A stretch of DNA of 64,000 nucleotides from Schizochytrium sp. TIO01 (taxonomy: Eukaryota > Protista > Bigyra: Labyrinthulomycetes), in contig SMSO01000033.1 in the NCBI GenBank assembly GCA_004764695.1, forward strand, positions 496,001 through 560,000. The letters are read 5' to 3'. The notes under the pieces are model-generated. The model was not told the origin of the DNA. It saw nothing but the letters and a program-made list of their open reading frames with translations, and searched no databases. Position 1 is the stretch's first letter; each line of letters begins with the position of its first letter. Positions 23,004-35,715 of this stretch are shown here, in pieces. Both the position numbers and the translations under genes were made by a program.

Positions 23004-26000
23004 GGCTGGCACACCCTGTTCGCCAGACTCGACTGAGATGAATACGACCTTTTCACAATATGTTCTTCTGTGTCAAGAGGCGTGATATTTCAACACCTGA
23101 TCCCGATGTCTACCGACAATGAAAACTGATTCGCCTCTAGCAACGAACCAAGGTAGGGTCCTGCCGAAGAAGAAACTAAGAACGAGAAAGAAGTAGTAGA
23201 GTAAAAAAACGAGCAGGACGAGCGTTCACGATTCCCGATGCCTGGGACCTCCAAGGTAGGCCTGCGCTGTCTCGCCTCGAGTTCTACTTCCAGAGCTCAA
23301 GACGTGCACGTGAAATTACCTACGTGCTTATCTGTGTATCTATATGCGAGCCTGTGCACCTCTCTGCCTTTGCCTGCACGCAAAGGGTTGAATTGCAGTT
23401 TTGGAGTTTTGGCTCTTCGAAATTTTTCTTGTGTTCATCTTCTTCTTTTTTAACCAATTCTTTTTTATTTATTTTTTCATGTTTGTAAGAAGTCTTTTCC
23501 AAACATAAAGAATGGGAAACCACAGCTTTTGTTACATTATCATGTGTTTCTTAATTGTAAAGTTAATTCAATACTTGGCAAGTGTCGATGTAGGTTTTTT
23601 GGTTTCCTGTAACTTAGGGTTTACCTTATTAGACTCCTACCTCTCACACAGAAGTAACAGCCCTTTCTTGGCCCTCCAAAAAGGCGGCTTCGAGAGCTCG
23701 TTTCGCGTGTCTGCAACTCCCGCGTCTGTCAGGCGCCTAGGATATTCTTTGGCGAGGACACTCTTGAGCCCACGTCCAGCATTTCCCCCATCAATCTCCT
23801 TCATAACCATTCGGAGGCCTCTTCACGAACTTTATATTCGATTTTCACACAACGTTGTACTAGTTTTCGAGTGCTTTCTTTCTTTCATGGCCCTTCCATA
23901 TTGAGGGATCACTATTACACGACTCCTTCCCCACGCGCCGTCTCTCCTCCATATCACCACCTGTATTTCAGTAGTGTAATATATTTTCAATCCTATTATA
24001 ATCCTCTATCTGAAGTACTTCCCTAGCACAATTTTATGTATAGGAGACGGGTGGGAGGTATGAAAGAAGTTCTGAAGAAAGCTGAAGCAGAATATTCCAT
24101 GTCTTGTAAAAATGAATAGACACGTGCCTTGCACACGACGGGAGCGAGAATATCATGGTAAAGCTAGGAAATCCTTGCACACAAGCCCGAGGGGAACGCG
24201 GGGCCAAAAAAGTTGTGCAGGCGCGAAAGACTTTCTTCGAACTTCGAAGTTGAACTCGAAACTTGAAGCAGAATAGGCGAAGCGCAGCTGATCTTCATAA
24301 CCTTAGCATCGGAAAGAGATGCACCAGTCGTCGTCACCTCATAGCATTGCAATTGACGAAGTGGATGCTTTGAGAAGACAGCAAGGCTGGAGAGAATGAA
24401 AAGAGAACTTTTGGGTCCATGCAAGAAAGGACTTCGATTTAATTTTTAAAATAATTTACTTTTTTTGTTTTTATACTTTATAAAACATAGTTTGGCGAGA
24501 TGGTGCACGTAGAACTATACTATTGATATCTATCGATAGCCCTTTGAGATGTACATGTTCAAAATCGAAGATCGAAGATCATTACTTTATGTGATGAAAA
24601 TTAATTTGCACGTGGCACATGCTCACTTGCTCTGTAAGTTCGAGTTGCTCTTTCTTGAACTCGAAGGTCTCAAGCGTCGCTGCGGCCGTCAGTCGTTTCT
24701 CATCTCGCCCTGCTTGATGGCTAGCTCATCGGCTAGAAGCGAGGACCGTGGCCTAAACCATCGAACCACGAACTCGGTTGCCTCCTTTGCTTCGAGTGCC
24801 TGCGTGCGTGCACAGCAATGACTCCCAATCTAGCAACAAAAAAAAGTTTAAAAGAAGAAGCTCTTTTTTAATGTAGTTTTAAATAGGTAGGCGCCTAACT
24901 AATTACTACTACCTGGTAGGTTTTTGTTTTCCTTAAATTATCATTATGGCTCGCCACATCTTTGATGCTAATAGAGATAGACAGACAGCGTTTCATCGTG
25001 AGAAGACGACGTTTGTGAATCGCGCACGAAGGCGGCAAACTTTCAAAGTCAAGCAGCCATTTCCCATGGAGGATTAGCTCCCATTAGTGGGGCCGTCGTG
25101 GCAAAGGGCATATCAGTGGGGCCACGAAAGCTCTACTAATGAAAGTTGATTAAGAAAGATCTCTGTGAGCTTTTCTGCGGACCTCCTCCGTTCACGTGCT
25201 GTCATCGTACAAAAAAAAATATAAAAAATGTTGCTTTCTATTACCTGGCATTGGTTTGCTTAGATGTATGTCTAGCTCGCTCAATCGGCCAAAGGACTCT
25301 CGTGCACGTCGCGACAAATCACACGCATACCGTACGCAAGGCAGTTTCTTCGTGCCTTTTCGTTAATCATCGTCAGCGACCCTGCGCTCGAATGCATCAA
25401 GTTCAACTTGGATGCAATCGAAACTGAATCGATTCTTATTCATCCAAGTTTGTTTGATTGATTGTTTATTCTATTCTTTTTGGAGAAAGCAGATACCTCC
25501 GTCACGAACAAATGAATGAGTGAATGAATGAGCTAATGCGCTGCAGTAAATTAACTCTGTGCGTGCACAAGAGAAGCCATGGCCGTGGCGAAAGAGGGAT
25601 GTGAAGGCTAAAAAGAGCTACTTAGGGACTAGCTGGTCGACTGGGTGGCTGGCTTCAATAGTACACAAAGTAGAACCAAAGGTAGAGAAAACCTAGCTGA
25701 AGACAGCTAGTTTTAAAAGTACAGCTACTGGTAAGATGGTTATTCACTCTGCTGCTAATGGTTTCGAAGCTAAAATATCGTTTCAAGTGCGTTTCGAGCT
25801 TTTCTGCTATATGGCGTGTCTATGGCGGGGAAGAGGAGAGGAAAGGGAAAAAAGTTGAAGGTGATGAAGTTTGTGGCTCGCGATACACATTAACACACGT
25901 CCAGATCTTGTTCGGGAAGATCGTGCGAAGGTAGCATTCCTCCTACGAGCATTTTATTTTTATTTTTTTCTTGTTTTGTTTTGTTAATTTTGTAGGATTG

Positions 26001-29000
26001 TTTTTAAAAAAGAAAGAAAAAAAGTAGATAATTAATTAATTGATGTGAAAGGCGATATGATATGTAGCTCTGTTCGATCTGCCAATCTCAGTGTTTGGGA
26101 GGTTCTTGAATGAGTAAAAGTTTCATTGTGAAGGATTTAAGCTAGAATGAACTAAAGTTGCAGCGCAGGTAAGTAGGTACAAGGTACACACGCCATGACT
26201 GGCTGAAGCAAAACAAATTCTTGGCAAGCTGCCTTTTATAAAAAGAGGATTTTAAGGTTAAAAAGGATGATGTAGGTACGAAGTTCAAGAGCAACATCTT
26301 CGAGCCACTAGTGAGAGTGTATTTGAGCTGGTCTAGTGTTTGTTCCCTTTTGACGATGCAAGGTAGTCTCCACCGCTGAGCTCGTGCGACTTTTATTTAG
26401 GCGCGTATGAATTCTATATTACACTCAGTAGTCATGAAGGGTTCACCCGACAGAGATGATGCTTACGTCGCTTTTGGCTATAAGCGCCAATGGTTATCAC
26501 TGTTTTGGTGGAGGCTCTAAACTGAAGGACCAGTATGAAATGGAGCTTAATTTTCATATGTGAAATACACCGAGGTAAAGATTGCTTTTCCTTTGGAACT
26601 TCAATACTTTCGCAGTCTCTTACAATAAAAATACACGACGACGTGTGAGGTGAAATTTAGAGCCTTGGTGGTCCAGCTTACTAGAATTGATGCGATTATG
26701 ATCCTCAGGCTGCTATTATGCTGTCAATGCGGGCGGTGCCTGGTAGGTGCTGCGAAAGTCGTGGAAAACCTTACATCGAGATAAGGACTACACTCTCGCC
26801 ATAAGTAACTGTCTTGAAGTTACTCACCCAGAGAATCTTATCGAGCTGTCCTCCAGAAGATTTAGGGTGTACGGCCAGCGTACCTGCTCCTGCAGTTGCC
26901 ATTGCCTGCCTATTACTGCGTCAGAGACTTTCTGATATTGGAAGGGTGTCACCAAAATTCAAAAGTTATGCAATTCTACTACTACTGATCACTACCTTTA
27001 GTTTGCATGCGTAAATGGGATATGCATTTAGCCTCAAGCTTTCCGGAGTGCCGCTGACATTTTATGCTCTGAGCTCGAAGGCTAAATCTGCCTCGAGGGA
27101 AATGTAGCGTCCTGGGTTTTATTGGTTCTCTTTCTTGTTCTCTTTCTTTTTGTTTTGTGGCAAATGGTAGTTTCAACCATTAGGTAGCTTTAACGAAAAC
27201 TAGTACCTAGCCACCTTATGTGGTGGGCGTGCGTCGAGAAAATTTGTTGCGTGGTAACGCCTGAAACCACCAATACCAAGAATAGATTATTTCCAAATAA
27301 GAGCTTGAGAAGACTCGGAGAGATGTTATTGCGATGACCCCCCGAGTCGCTCCACATATACAGTGCAGCTTACTTAATCTCTACAGTCGAGCTAAAGATT
27401 GCTTAAGGAATAGACTCGAAGTTAGCGATTGCTAAACACATTATTGTAATTATTGATGGCGAAGCCCTATAGGAACATTGTAATCTTGCACACCCGCGGC
27501 ACGTGAAAAACACATTTTCCAAGAAGGAGCTACGAGTCTATTCTCTAGTGAACGTACTCGACCAGTCTTGTTTACTGGCTCGGGAAAATGATGGAGAGCT
27601 CCTTTCCTGTCGTTTCTATTGAATCTAGTAGTAGATAACGAGTAGTTAGCAGGTTATGATTTCTATAGCGAATATATTGAAGTTCAAGTTGTTGATATTT
27701 GAGGGATTGGAACTTGGCGAAGAACTTAAAAAGGGACGATGCGTGGAGGTGGGAGAGGTTTTTATATTTAGAGGTTCGTGTGCTTTAATGGGTGATTCAA
27801 TTTCATCGTTCTGGTTTAACATAAACTCAGGCATCAAATTACACGCCATATACAAAGACACTGTCTTCGAAAGACTTGGCTTAGCAAACGTTTCCGAGCT
27901 TGAGTGGGTTCCTCGTGCTGAGCCTAGTAATTGTGTGTCCCATAGCTTGGTTGGATTTTGTTAGGTTATCTCCCATACGACCTCTGAAGAGCTAAGGTTC
28001 CGCTTTTCCTTTCGTAGGCAGGCTGTAGAAGAAATGCTAGCCTAAGAAAAGAATGAATAAAAAAGCATTAGCTTTCATGGATAAATTCTGTTTATCTGTG
28101 CTTTTAGCCAACGCTCATGAAAAGCATCATAATCGTCAACTTTTAAAAGCTACTCCTAAAGCATAGTTTGAGTGCAAAAGATCAAATGAAGAAATAGGCT
28201 CTACATCAAGTTGATTTAAGCGAAGCAATTATCCGATACAAGAATTCCCTCAAACTGGCTAATTTCATTTAATAATTAACTATGAAGAGGCGGTGGTCTG
28301 GCTCGGAGCTTCAAACAATGTGCATTGTTCGCATATTTTCTAACTTGCTTAGCGTCTTGCTATTGACTTACATTGTGACAACATTTGAAATGAAACTAAT
28401 GTGTTCCAATGTTAGATAAAATATTGATATCTTGATTGGTCCATATTAACTATTATGCTTTGCAGATACTGGGGTTCTCTTTATTACAATGCTACACTAA
28501 GAATATACATTGATGAGATTAATTAAAGGCAGGTATTTGTACGGTATAAGTCTACCCACTTCCAATCATGAAGCAACATAGTTTGTTTTCTGATCGAGTT
28601 TTATTTCACCAATTCATGGGTCATATGAAAATGACATTTCCAGAGTTCTTGGTACACCTCTACAAGTACGAAAGTATTTCAAGTACGAAAGTATCAAGAA
28701 GTGTATACGATAAGAACTGGAAAATTGCACCTGAAGGTATACAGTGAAGGAACTCAAGAGTTGAAAGTGCACCACAAACTAAAAAGAACATGCGAAGGTA
28801 AAACGTAAATTATTGGTCCAGGAAACAAGTTGATCTATCTTTTTTAGTTATACTTAATCCAAACCAAGGCTGCACTTGTTTACTCAGTGTAACACAAACC
28901 AACTCACCTTGACTAACTTCTCAAGAATAGTCTATCACTAACCCAAGGCTTGAGGGCGCAATCTCTTCTTCAGTCTTGATCATGTTTACAACGTGCCTTG

Positions 29001-30146
29001 CTTTAATCTTTCCAGCTAGCCTCTGGCTAATCAATGGTTAGCTTTCAGTAGTCAGGCCGAGCGGAGCATTTCCAGATTACCATACGAAGAACTTTCATAG
29101 AGCAAGGTCAAGGTATAGACTCTCTGTTAAATTTATCTAAGAGGGGTTAATTTTATTCATTATCGCGCGAACACTACAAGCCATGCACAGCTACCTGGAG
29201 AAAGTATGTTCGACCCTTGTAAGATTGATGATGTTAATCTTGACTATATGGACCATGCTCAATAACAACGATAATTTGAGATTTCCTTAGTGCAAACATA
29301 GACCGAAATTTCGGACATTGCTTTAGAGTCAAATTTCTGATACCACTTTAGGGGCATATATAAGCATGTTCACCATCTCTAGTACCTTGAGATTTGTACC
29401 TTGAGATTTGTACCAAAGAACAAGAAGCACATTTTTTTAAAGAGTCTCTGTGTATTAGATACTGAAATAGAGTAAAGGATTGTAGAGTTCCTTTCGTTCA
29501 TCATACCACATCACACAATGCGTCTTGGTACCTATTTAAAGTTAAATAGTACTGTTATGCTGTGTCCGTAAAGCTCTATGACAAACAACATATTCTTATG
29601 AATTTCAATATAGTGGTCCAGTGGCAAAAAATGCCTAAGGCTTATTGTCTCACCAACCAGTCTAGCCGCGACAAGGTCAATCTAGGCGTGTTGTAATTGA
29701 GAGAAGAAAAACTAATTGATCGTGTAAGGGTGGTTCTGATTTTGGTGGCATTTCTTCGCAGAGCCTTAACCGACACCTAGATATCCAAAATCATCCACAT
29801 CTATTTCGTTGATGTAACGAAGAAGCTTAAATCTACTTTGAATTCCATGCTACAAAAGAGTTGCACAATTATATATACGAAGAGAAGCTCTGTACTACTA
29901 ATATCCCGAATTATAGTTTATTTGCTCTCACCGATCCATTCACGTTTTCGATGCATCTAAATTGAAAGTGGATGCTCATCTGTTTTTTATTTATCACACA
30001 TTCCACTTTAGTCTTGAAAGACATTGGATAGGCTTAATTAGACGCCAGGAGCTGAATTAAGGACTTCCCCATATCTATGTATGCCTACCATTGTGTTAAG
30101 TCTAAAAGTTTTTGTTATTATTTACAACGAACCTGAATGATCTTGA

Positions 30147-30310
30147 GAGCCGCCCAGCACACTTTGCATGTGCCGAATTGGGTTACTCAAACTGGAATCC
30201 ATGCTCCGACCACACGAAAGCCAAAATGAACATCATGCAGGATCTCTGACCCAGATCTTGCCATACAAAGAGCTTGTTTCTTGCACGACTTGAGCGGCTG
30301 CGGTTGCTGA
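30147..30310 (+). pseudogene. Internally deleted copy (copy 0) of the secreted Cys-rich peptide gene
   Basis: Upstream sequence homologous to 31063-31211 is joined directly to the last codons and stop (GGCTGCGGTTGCTGA), followed by the homologous 3' flank. Confidence 0.9.
30158..30179 (+). promoter_or_regulatory. Conserved upstream element CACACTTTGCATGTGCCGAATT (copy 0)
   Basis: The same 22-mer precedes all five paralogs. Confidence 0.6.
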
Positions 30311-31076
30311 TTTCATCTGACATTCAGATCATCCTCTACTATATCAGTCTTAACTCTTCACAATATTATTTGATTTTTTCTTATCATTCTATACTCTATC
30401 AACGAACAAAGCTCTCGTTGATCAGCTTTACAATGAACAATATTACTGTTTCTGTTTGAGCAATAAAGGTACCGCTGCAGTATGGTGTGATCCTTTTACA
30501 TAATGATCCAATACAAGCATAAGTAACCAGGAACTAAATTATAGACACCAAGACAGCAAATGAAAACCACGGGACCTCTGCTTGTAGGCTAATAGATAGA
30601 CATTGTATAGCTGTCTCTCTGCTCTCCTGACTATAATTCCAGTAAGATGCAAATTGTCAGAACTCATCATTGTGGTCTTGTTGTACTTCCCACTTGACTA
30701 TCGTTAGAAACGTCACATTACGTTTACGTATCGTGATAGTTCAGATCGCTCGTGTCCACTCGAATCGAAGTTTCCGAATTATGATCCTTCCCACCTGACA
30801 ATGGCGATTTCTGCACTCGACGAGCAGAAAAAAGTCTCATGAGACGCCAGAATGGCCAACTTCAATAAACTGAATTTGGGACTCTTCTGGTCCAACATCC
30901 TAAATAAATGTTTTATCTAAGTAAGAACCTAGGGACTACTATGAAGAAACTATCCTTCGTCTCTGGAAAAAATAAAAAGGGAAAGAAAAAATTGCACCTA
31001 CGTACTACTACTAACACGGTACCAATGTTTTACATAGATTGCTTGTAAGGTGGCCATGTAAAGAGCCGCACTGTAG

Positions 31077-31098
31077 CACACTTTGCATGTGCCGAATT
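31077..31098 (+). promoter_or_regulatory. Conserved upstream element (copy 1)
   Basis: 300 bp upstream of ATG 31377. Confidence 0.7.
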
Positions 31099-31376
31099 GG
31101 GTTACTCAAACTGGAATCCATGCTCCGACCACACGAAAGCCAAAACGAACATCATGCAGGATCTCCGACCCAGATCTTGCCATACAAAGAGTTTGTTTCT
31201 TGCACGACTTGGACGGCCAAACCATTCCTCAAGATTCTCCAAACACCAAAACCCAAACATAGCAAAATTCAAACCTTCAAACCCAAGCTAACAAACCAAG
31301 TCTCAACCCAAGAATCGTCTCCCGCCACTACTGATACTACCAATCCAAGCAATACCAGTAACAACATCGCATTACA

Positions 31377-31838
31377 ATGACCAAGCTCATCAACATCGCA
31401 GTCATCTTTGCTCTCATCGGCCTCGTGTGCATGCAAGTCGCCCAAGCCGCCCCTGTCGACGACAAGAACCGTGGGCTTCTTAGAGGCCGCAAACAACAAC
31501 GTCGCCTCAGCTGGGATAGTTTTATCAAGAGTATCGAAAAAGATGCCAAAACCGTTGTCGACGACATTGAAGATATCACCGAAGAAGGTTATTGTGACGT
31601 CATCAAGCTCGCAGCGAAAGCGCTCATTTCTGAGGATATCACCACCGACTCTGGCTGTGCCTTGCTGGGCACCGAGGCCGCTCTTGAGTGTGAGACTGCT
31701 GGTGGTGGTCCGGAAGACCCTGTCGCCGACCTGTGTGCAGTAGCTATCTCGGGTACAGGAGTCGCTGCTTGTGAGAGTGCAATTGCTGATGGCGGAACTT
31801 TCGATGCATCTGCGCTTGAGAGCGACTGTGGTTGCTGA
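31377..31838 (+). CDS. Secreted acidic Cys-rich prepropeptide, copy 1
   Basis: Signal peptide (..VAQA), propeptide RGLLRGRKQQRRL, about 109-aa acidic mature region with 7 Cys; paralog differences are mostly synonymous. Confidence 0.92.
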   Translation: MTKLINIAVIFALIGLVCMQVAQAAPVDDKNRGLLRGRKQQRRLSWDSFIKSIEKDAKTVVDDIEDITEEGYCDVIKLAAKALISEDITTDSGCALLGTEAALECETAGGGPEDPVADLCAVAISGTGVAACESAIADGGTFDASALESDCGC

Positions 31839-32581
31839 TTTCATCCTCTACATATCATCCTCTCCTAGATCAGTCTTAACTCTTTACAAAATTATTTGAT
31901 TTTCTCTTATCATTCTATACTCTATCAACGAACAAAGCTCTCGTTGATCAGCTTTACAATGAACAATATAAAACTACCACTACAGTATGGTGTGATCCTT
32001 TTACATATGAACAAAAAATACAAGCATAAGTAAGCAAGAACTCGATTATAGACATCAAGACAGCAAATGAAAACCATGGAACCTCTGCTTGTAGGCTAAT
32101 AGATAGACATTGTATAGCTGTCTCTCTGCTCTCCTGACTATAATTCCAGTAAGATGCAAATTGTTAGAACTCATCATTGTGGTCTTATTTTACTTCCCAC
32201 TTGACTATCGTTAGAAACGTCAGATTACGTTTACGTATCGTGGTAGTTCAGATCGCTCGTGTCCACTCGAATCGAAGTTTCCGAATTATGATCCTCCCCA
32301 CCTGACAATGGCGACTTCTGCACTCGACGAGCAGAAAAAAGTCTCATGAGACGCCAACTTCAATAAACTGAATTCGGGACTCTTCTGGTCCAACATACTA
32401 AATAAATGTTTTATCTAAGTAAGAACCTAGGGACTACTACGAAGAAACTATCCTTCATATTGATCTCTGGAAAAAATAAAAAGGGAAAGAAAAAAATTGC
32501 ACCTACGTACTACTACTAACACGGTAACAATGTTTTACATAGATTGCTTGTAAGGTGGCCATGTAAAGAGCCGCACTGTAG

Positions 32582-32603
32582 CACACTTTGCATGTGCCGA
32601 ATT
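32582..32603 (+). promoter_or_regulatory. Conserved upstream element (copy 2)
   Basis: 300 bp upstream of ATG 32882. Confidence 0.7.
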
Positions 32604-32881
32604 GGGTTACTCAAACTGGAATCCATGCTCCGACCACACGAAAGCCAAAACGAACATCATGCAGGATCTCCGACCCAGATCTTGCCGTACAAAGAGCTTG
32701 TTTCTTGCACGACTTGGACGGCCAAACCATTCCTCAAGATTCTCCAAACACCAAAACCCAAACATAGCAAAATTCAAACCTTCAAACTCAAGCTAACAAA
32801 CCAAGTCTCAACCCAAGAATCGTCTCCCGCCACTACTGATACTACCAATCCAAGCAATACCAGTAACAACATCGCATTACA

Positions 32882-33343
32882 ATGACCAAGCTCATCAACA
32901 TCGCAGTCATCTTTGCTCTCATCGGCCTCGTGTGCATGCAAGTCGCCCAAGCCGCCCCTGTCGACGACAAGAACCGTGGGCTTCTTAGAGGCCGCAAACA
33001 ACAGCGTCGCCTCAGCTGGGATAGTTTTATCAAGAGTATCGAAAAGGATGCCAAAACCGTTGTCGACGACATTGAAGATATCACTGAAGAAGGTTATTGT
33101 GATGTCATCAAGCTCGCAGCGAAAGCGCTCGTTTCTGAGGATATCACCACCGACTCTGGCTGTGCCTTGCTGGGCACCGAGGCCGCTCTTGAGTGTGAGA
33201 CTGCTGGTGGTGGTCCGGAAGACCCTGTCGCCGACCTATGTGCAGTAGCTATCTCGGGCACTGGAGTCGCTGCTTGTGAGAGTGCAATTGCTGATGGCGG
33301 AACTTTCGATGCATCTGCGCTTGAGAGCGACTGTGGCTGCTAA
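32882..33343 (+). CDS. Secreted acidic Cys-rich prepropeptide, copy 2
   Basis: Identical to copy 1 except one I/V substitution. Confidence 0.92.
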   Translation: MTKLINIAVIFALIGLVCMQVAQAAPVDDKNRGLLRGRKQQRRLSWDSFIKSIEKDAKTVVDDIEDITEEGYCDVIKLAAKALVSEDITTDSGCALLGTEAALECETAGGGPEDPVADLCAVAISGTGVAACESAIADGGTFDASALESDCGC

Positions 33344-34036
33344 GACACTTCGAATGCTGGTTAAAGCTAACTTTTTTCAATATATATAGATAATTTTTCT
33401 AATTAAAATCATATATAATTTCTGCAATCGTTATCTTTTTCTGTTGGTCTGACAAGGGATTTTTCTAATGTATGCAGGTGATAGTTTCCCCATAATAGAT
33501 CAAGTATTCTGAAAGAATTGTTAACGAATCAGGTAATGGTTAAATTTTGTTAAATTGCTGAATAGGTTGAAGGAGTGGTGGGTGGCGGGAAACACCAGCT
33601 TGATCCCCTTCTTTCTGCAACCAATGAAGTAATTGCATCTTTTTCGTTGATTCAGGCAAGCATTGCCTATGTTTCCGAATCGTGACCCTAGCATCGAATG
33701 GACCAGGCCGGTCAAGAATATGCTGCTCACAACCAAAAAAAAAAGAGAGAAATATCGCATGTAACACTAATTCAACTACGCATCTTAAAATAAATTCAGA
33801 AACACAAAACACTCTAAATAATTCAATGTGTTTTACATACTCATTCTACATGGCAAAAATTCAGATATCTTACCGAGAGTAAAAAAGAGAAAAAAGTGCA
33901 TTTCCCTACTACTATTACTTCGTATCTACCTTGTAGACGCTATCAATACTAGTCAAATTCAGAAAAATAAAAAGTTAATTCTAGTATTTGGGCTTATGCT
34001 GCCCACTAAATAATATGCATGTAAGAGCCGCCTTAT

Positions 34037-34058
34037 CACACTTTGCATGTGTCGAATT
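34037..34058 (+). promoter_or_regulatory. Conserved upstream element (copy 3), CACACTTTGCATGTGTCGAATT
   Basis: 21/22 match within otherwise diverged upstream DNA; 291 bp before ATG 34328. Confidence 0.7.
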
Positions 34059-34327
34059 TTGTCCCTTTCGCTGAATTCAGTACTCTGTATGCTAACAAGC
34101 TCCTTGCAAGGAGTTTAGCAATATTATTTTTATCTTAAAATTATTGTATATATCATATAAGAATGAGAGTACGATACTGACTTTCAAATAGTCCCTTAAT
34201 TCTTTAAACAGAAAATATCGCAGCTCCGTTGCTGGCAAACCTTAAAACCCAAATCCAGTACGATTTTACCAAATAAAAACCTCCATATATTTTCACCCAG
34301 GAAATATCAGTTGCAATCCGTGCTACA

Positions 34328-34555
34328 ATGACGAAGCTAATCAAGATTGTCATCCTTTTTGCCTTTCTTAGCCTGATGTGCATACAAGTTGCCCAAGCCA
34401 CGTCTCCTGATGACAAGAACCTTGGGTTTCTCAGAGGTCAAGAACACGAGCGCCGCCTCAGCTGGAGTAGTTTTATCAAGACGCTTCAAAACGATGCCAA
34501 GGCTGTCGCAAATGTATTGAAAGGAGCTACCTCTGGTTTGACTGGTGCGCTTTGA
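34328..34555 (+). CDS. Truncated paralog (copy 3): signal + propeptide + 31-aa amphipathic peptide; may be a pseudogene
   Basis: Intact 75-aa ORF homologous to the N-terminal half of copies 1, 2 and 4. Confidence 0.55.
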   Translation: MTKLIKIVILFAFLSLMCIQVAQATSPDDKNLGFLRGQEHERRLSWSSFIKTLQNDAKAVANVLKGATSGLTGAL

Positions 34556-34773
34556 TCGGGTTTGCGCCTAAATCCATTATCAATAGAGATACCGCCGCCA
34601 GCTCTGGCTAGGCTTTATCTTGGTATAGAGTCTGCGTTGTCGTGACGTCTGTTGAAGTTGCTCAGAAAACTTGGCAACTGACCTCTTCTTTGTGGTAATT
34701 CAGGTACAGCCATTGTTGTTTTAAGCTCATTCGTCAATGGAGGTACTTTTGATGCTACTGAGTTTGAGGTTGA
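34556..34773 (+). pseudogene. Decayed 3' half of copy 3
   Basis: Shifted-frame remnants IGFAPKSIINRDTAASSG*, LGIESALS* and NGGTFDATEFE align with KLAAKALISEDITTDSGC, LGTEAALEC and DGGTFDASALE. Confidence 0.85.
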
Positions 34774-35715
34774 ACAGAGATTCTTCTCGACTACTTTATT
34801 TTCTTAATCAATTAAAGCTATAAACGCTTGTTCTCTTGCATTTTTTAAGGCTGGGCTCAAACAAGCTATGCAATTATTGCTCAATTAGATACGCGACTCC
34901 CATACCTGTTTTTTTAATACATGATACGTGTCTGTTGAGTGTCTAAGAAATTAATCTGTTGGTTAAGTTTTTTCCTAGCCCCCAAGTTTTAGAGAGTTAA
35001 AGTCCAGCTTGCAAGCTGTTAACCACCCAATCTGCATAGCGTCTTAATACTGCAACGAAACTCAAAGCATTTTTATCGTAGGTTTGGAACCATACTGTAC
35101 ATCTAAAGTTTTAAATCACTTACAAGCACTCTCAAACCTCTTTGTAGTGTATACAGACATTGAAGATGAAGATCTCAGCTCATCTGAAAGGTTTATTTTT
35201 TTCACTTGGAGTCTTCTATCAACACGGGCAGCTACCCTTTCACGTAAGACTTCGGATTCTATCCCCTCCGACCTAGTAACGACGAGTTTTGAACAGAGCA
35301 AAGTCTCATGAAATGCTGAAAAGTCTCACCTTGAAAGACTGAATCATGGACTACTTATTACCTCACCAGATACAATGCAGTAGGTATAAGAGAAAGCTTC
35401 CAACTTGGACACACGAGCATTTGTATTTTTAATTTATTTTATCATGTCAGCTTCGTCCGCATCTATCATGTAAAGCGCAAGCAGCTCAAGCACAAAGCCC
35501 CTATAGATGTCAGTCTGTATGATTTAAGAACAGACAGGGAATCTGTTCTAAAAGTAAAGAAACAAACTGTGCATTAGGTCTTGTGTTTTTTTAATATACG
35601 TAAATATGTAAAATTATGCTTCAATATTCAATTTTGTTTTACATTTTAAAAAATCGGATATGATATCGTATAGTTTATGATAGTCTACCTCTAGCGTTAA
35701 AAGAGCCAAATGCAT

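Larger units (their letters stand above)
30147..33343 (+). repeat. Recent tandem duplication, period 1505 bp
   Basis: ATGs at 31377 and 32882 lie 1505 bp apart; spacers 30311-31376 and 31839-32881 are near-identical apart from small indels. Confidence 0.95.

Noticed and set aside
31039-31380. 113-aa ORF upstream of copy 1, repeated at 32544
   Set aside because: Non-ATG start, repeated only because of the recent duplication, not preserved in copies 3 and 4.
31269-31844. 191-aa antisense ORF and other overlapping ORFs across the peptide genes
   Set aside because: Shadow frames; synonymous-change bias and the signal peptide support the 153-aa + strand frame.
30147-33343. Long direct repeats as possible LTRs
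   Set aside because: No gag/pol, PBS or TG..CA ends; the repeats are whole gene-containing tandem units.
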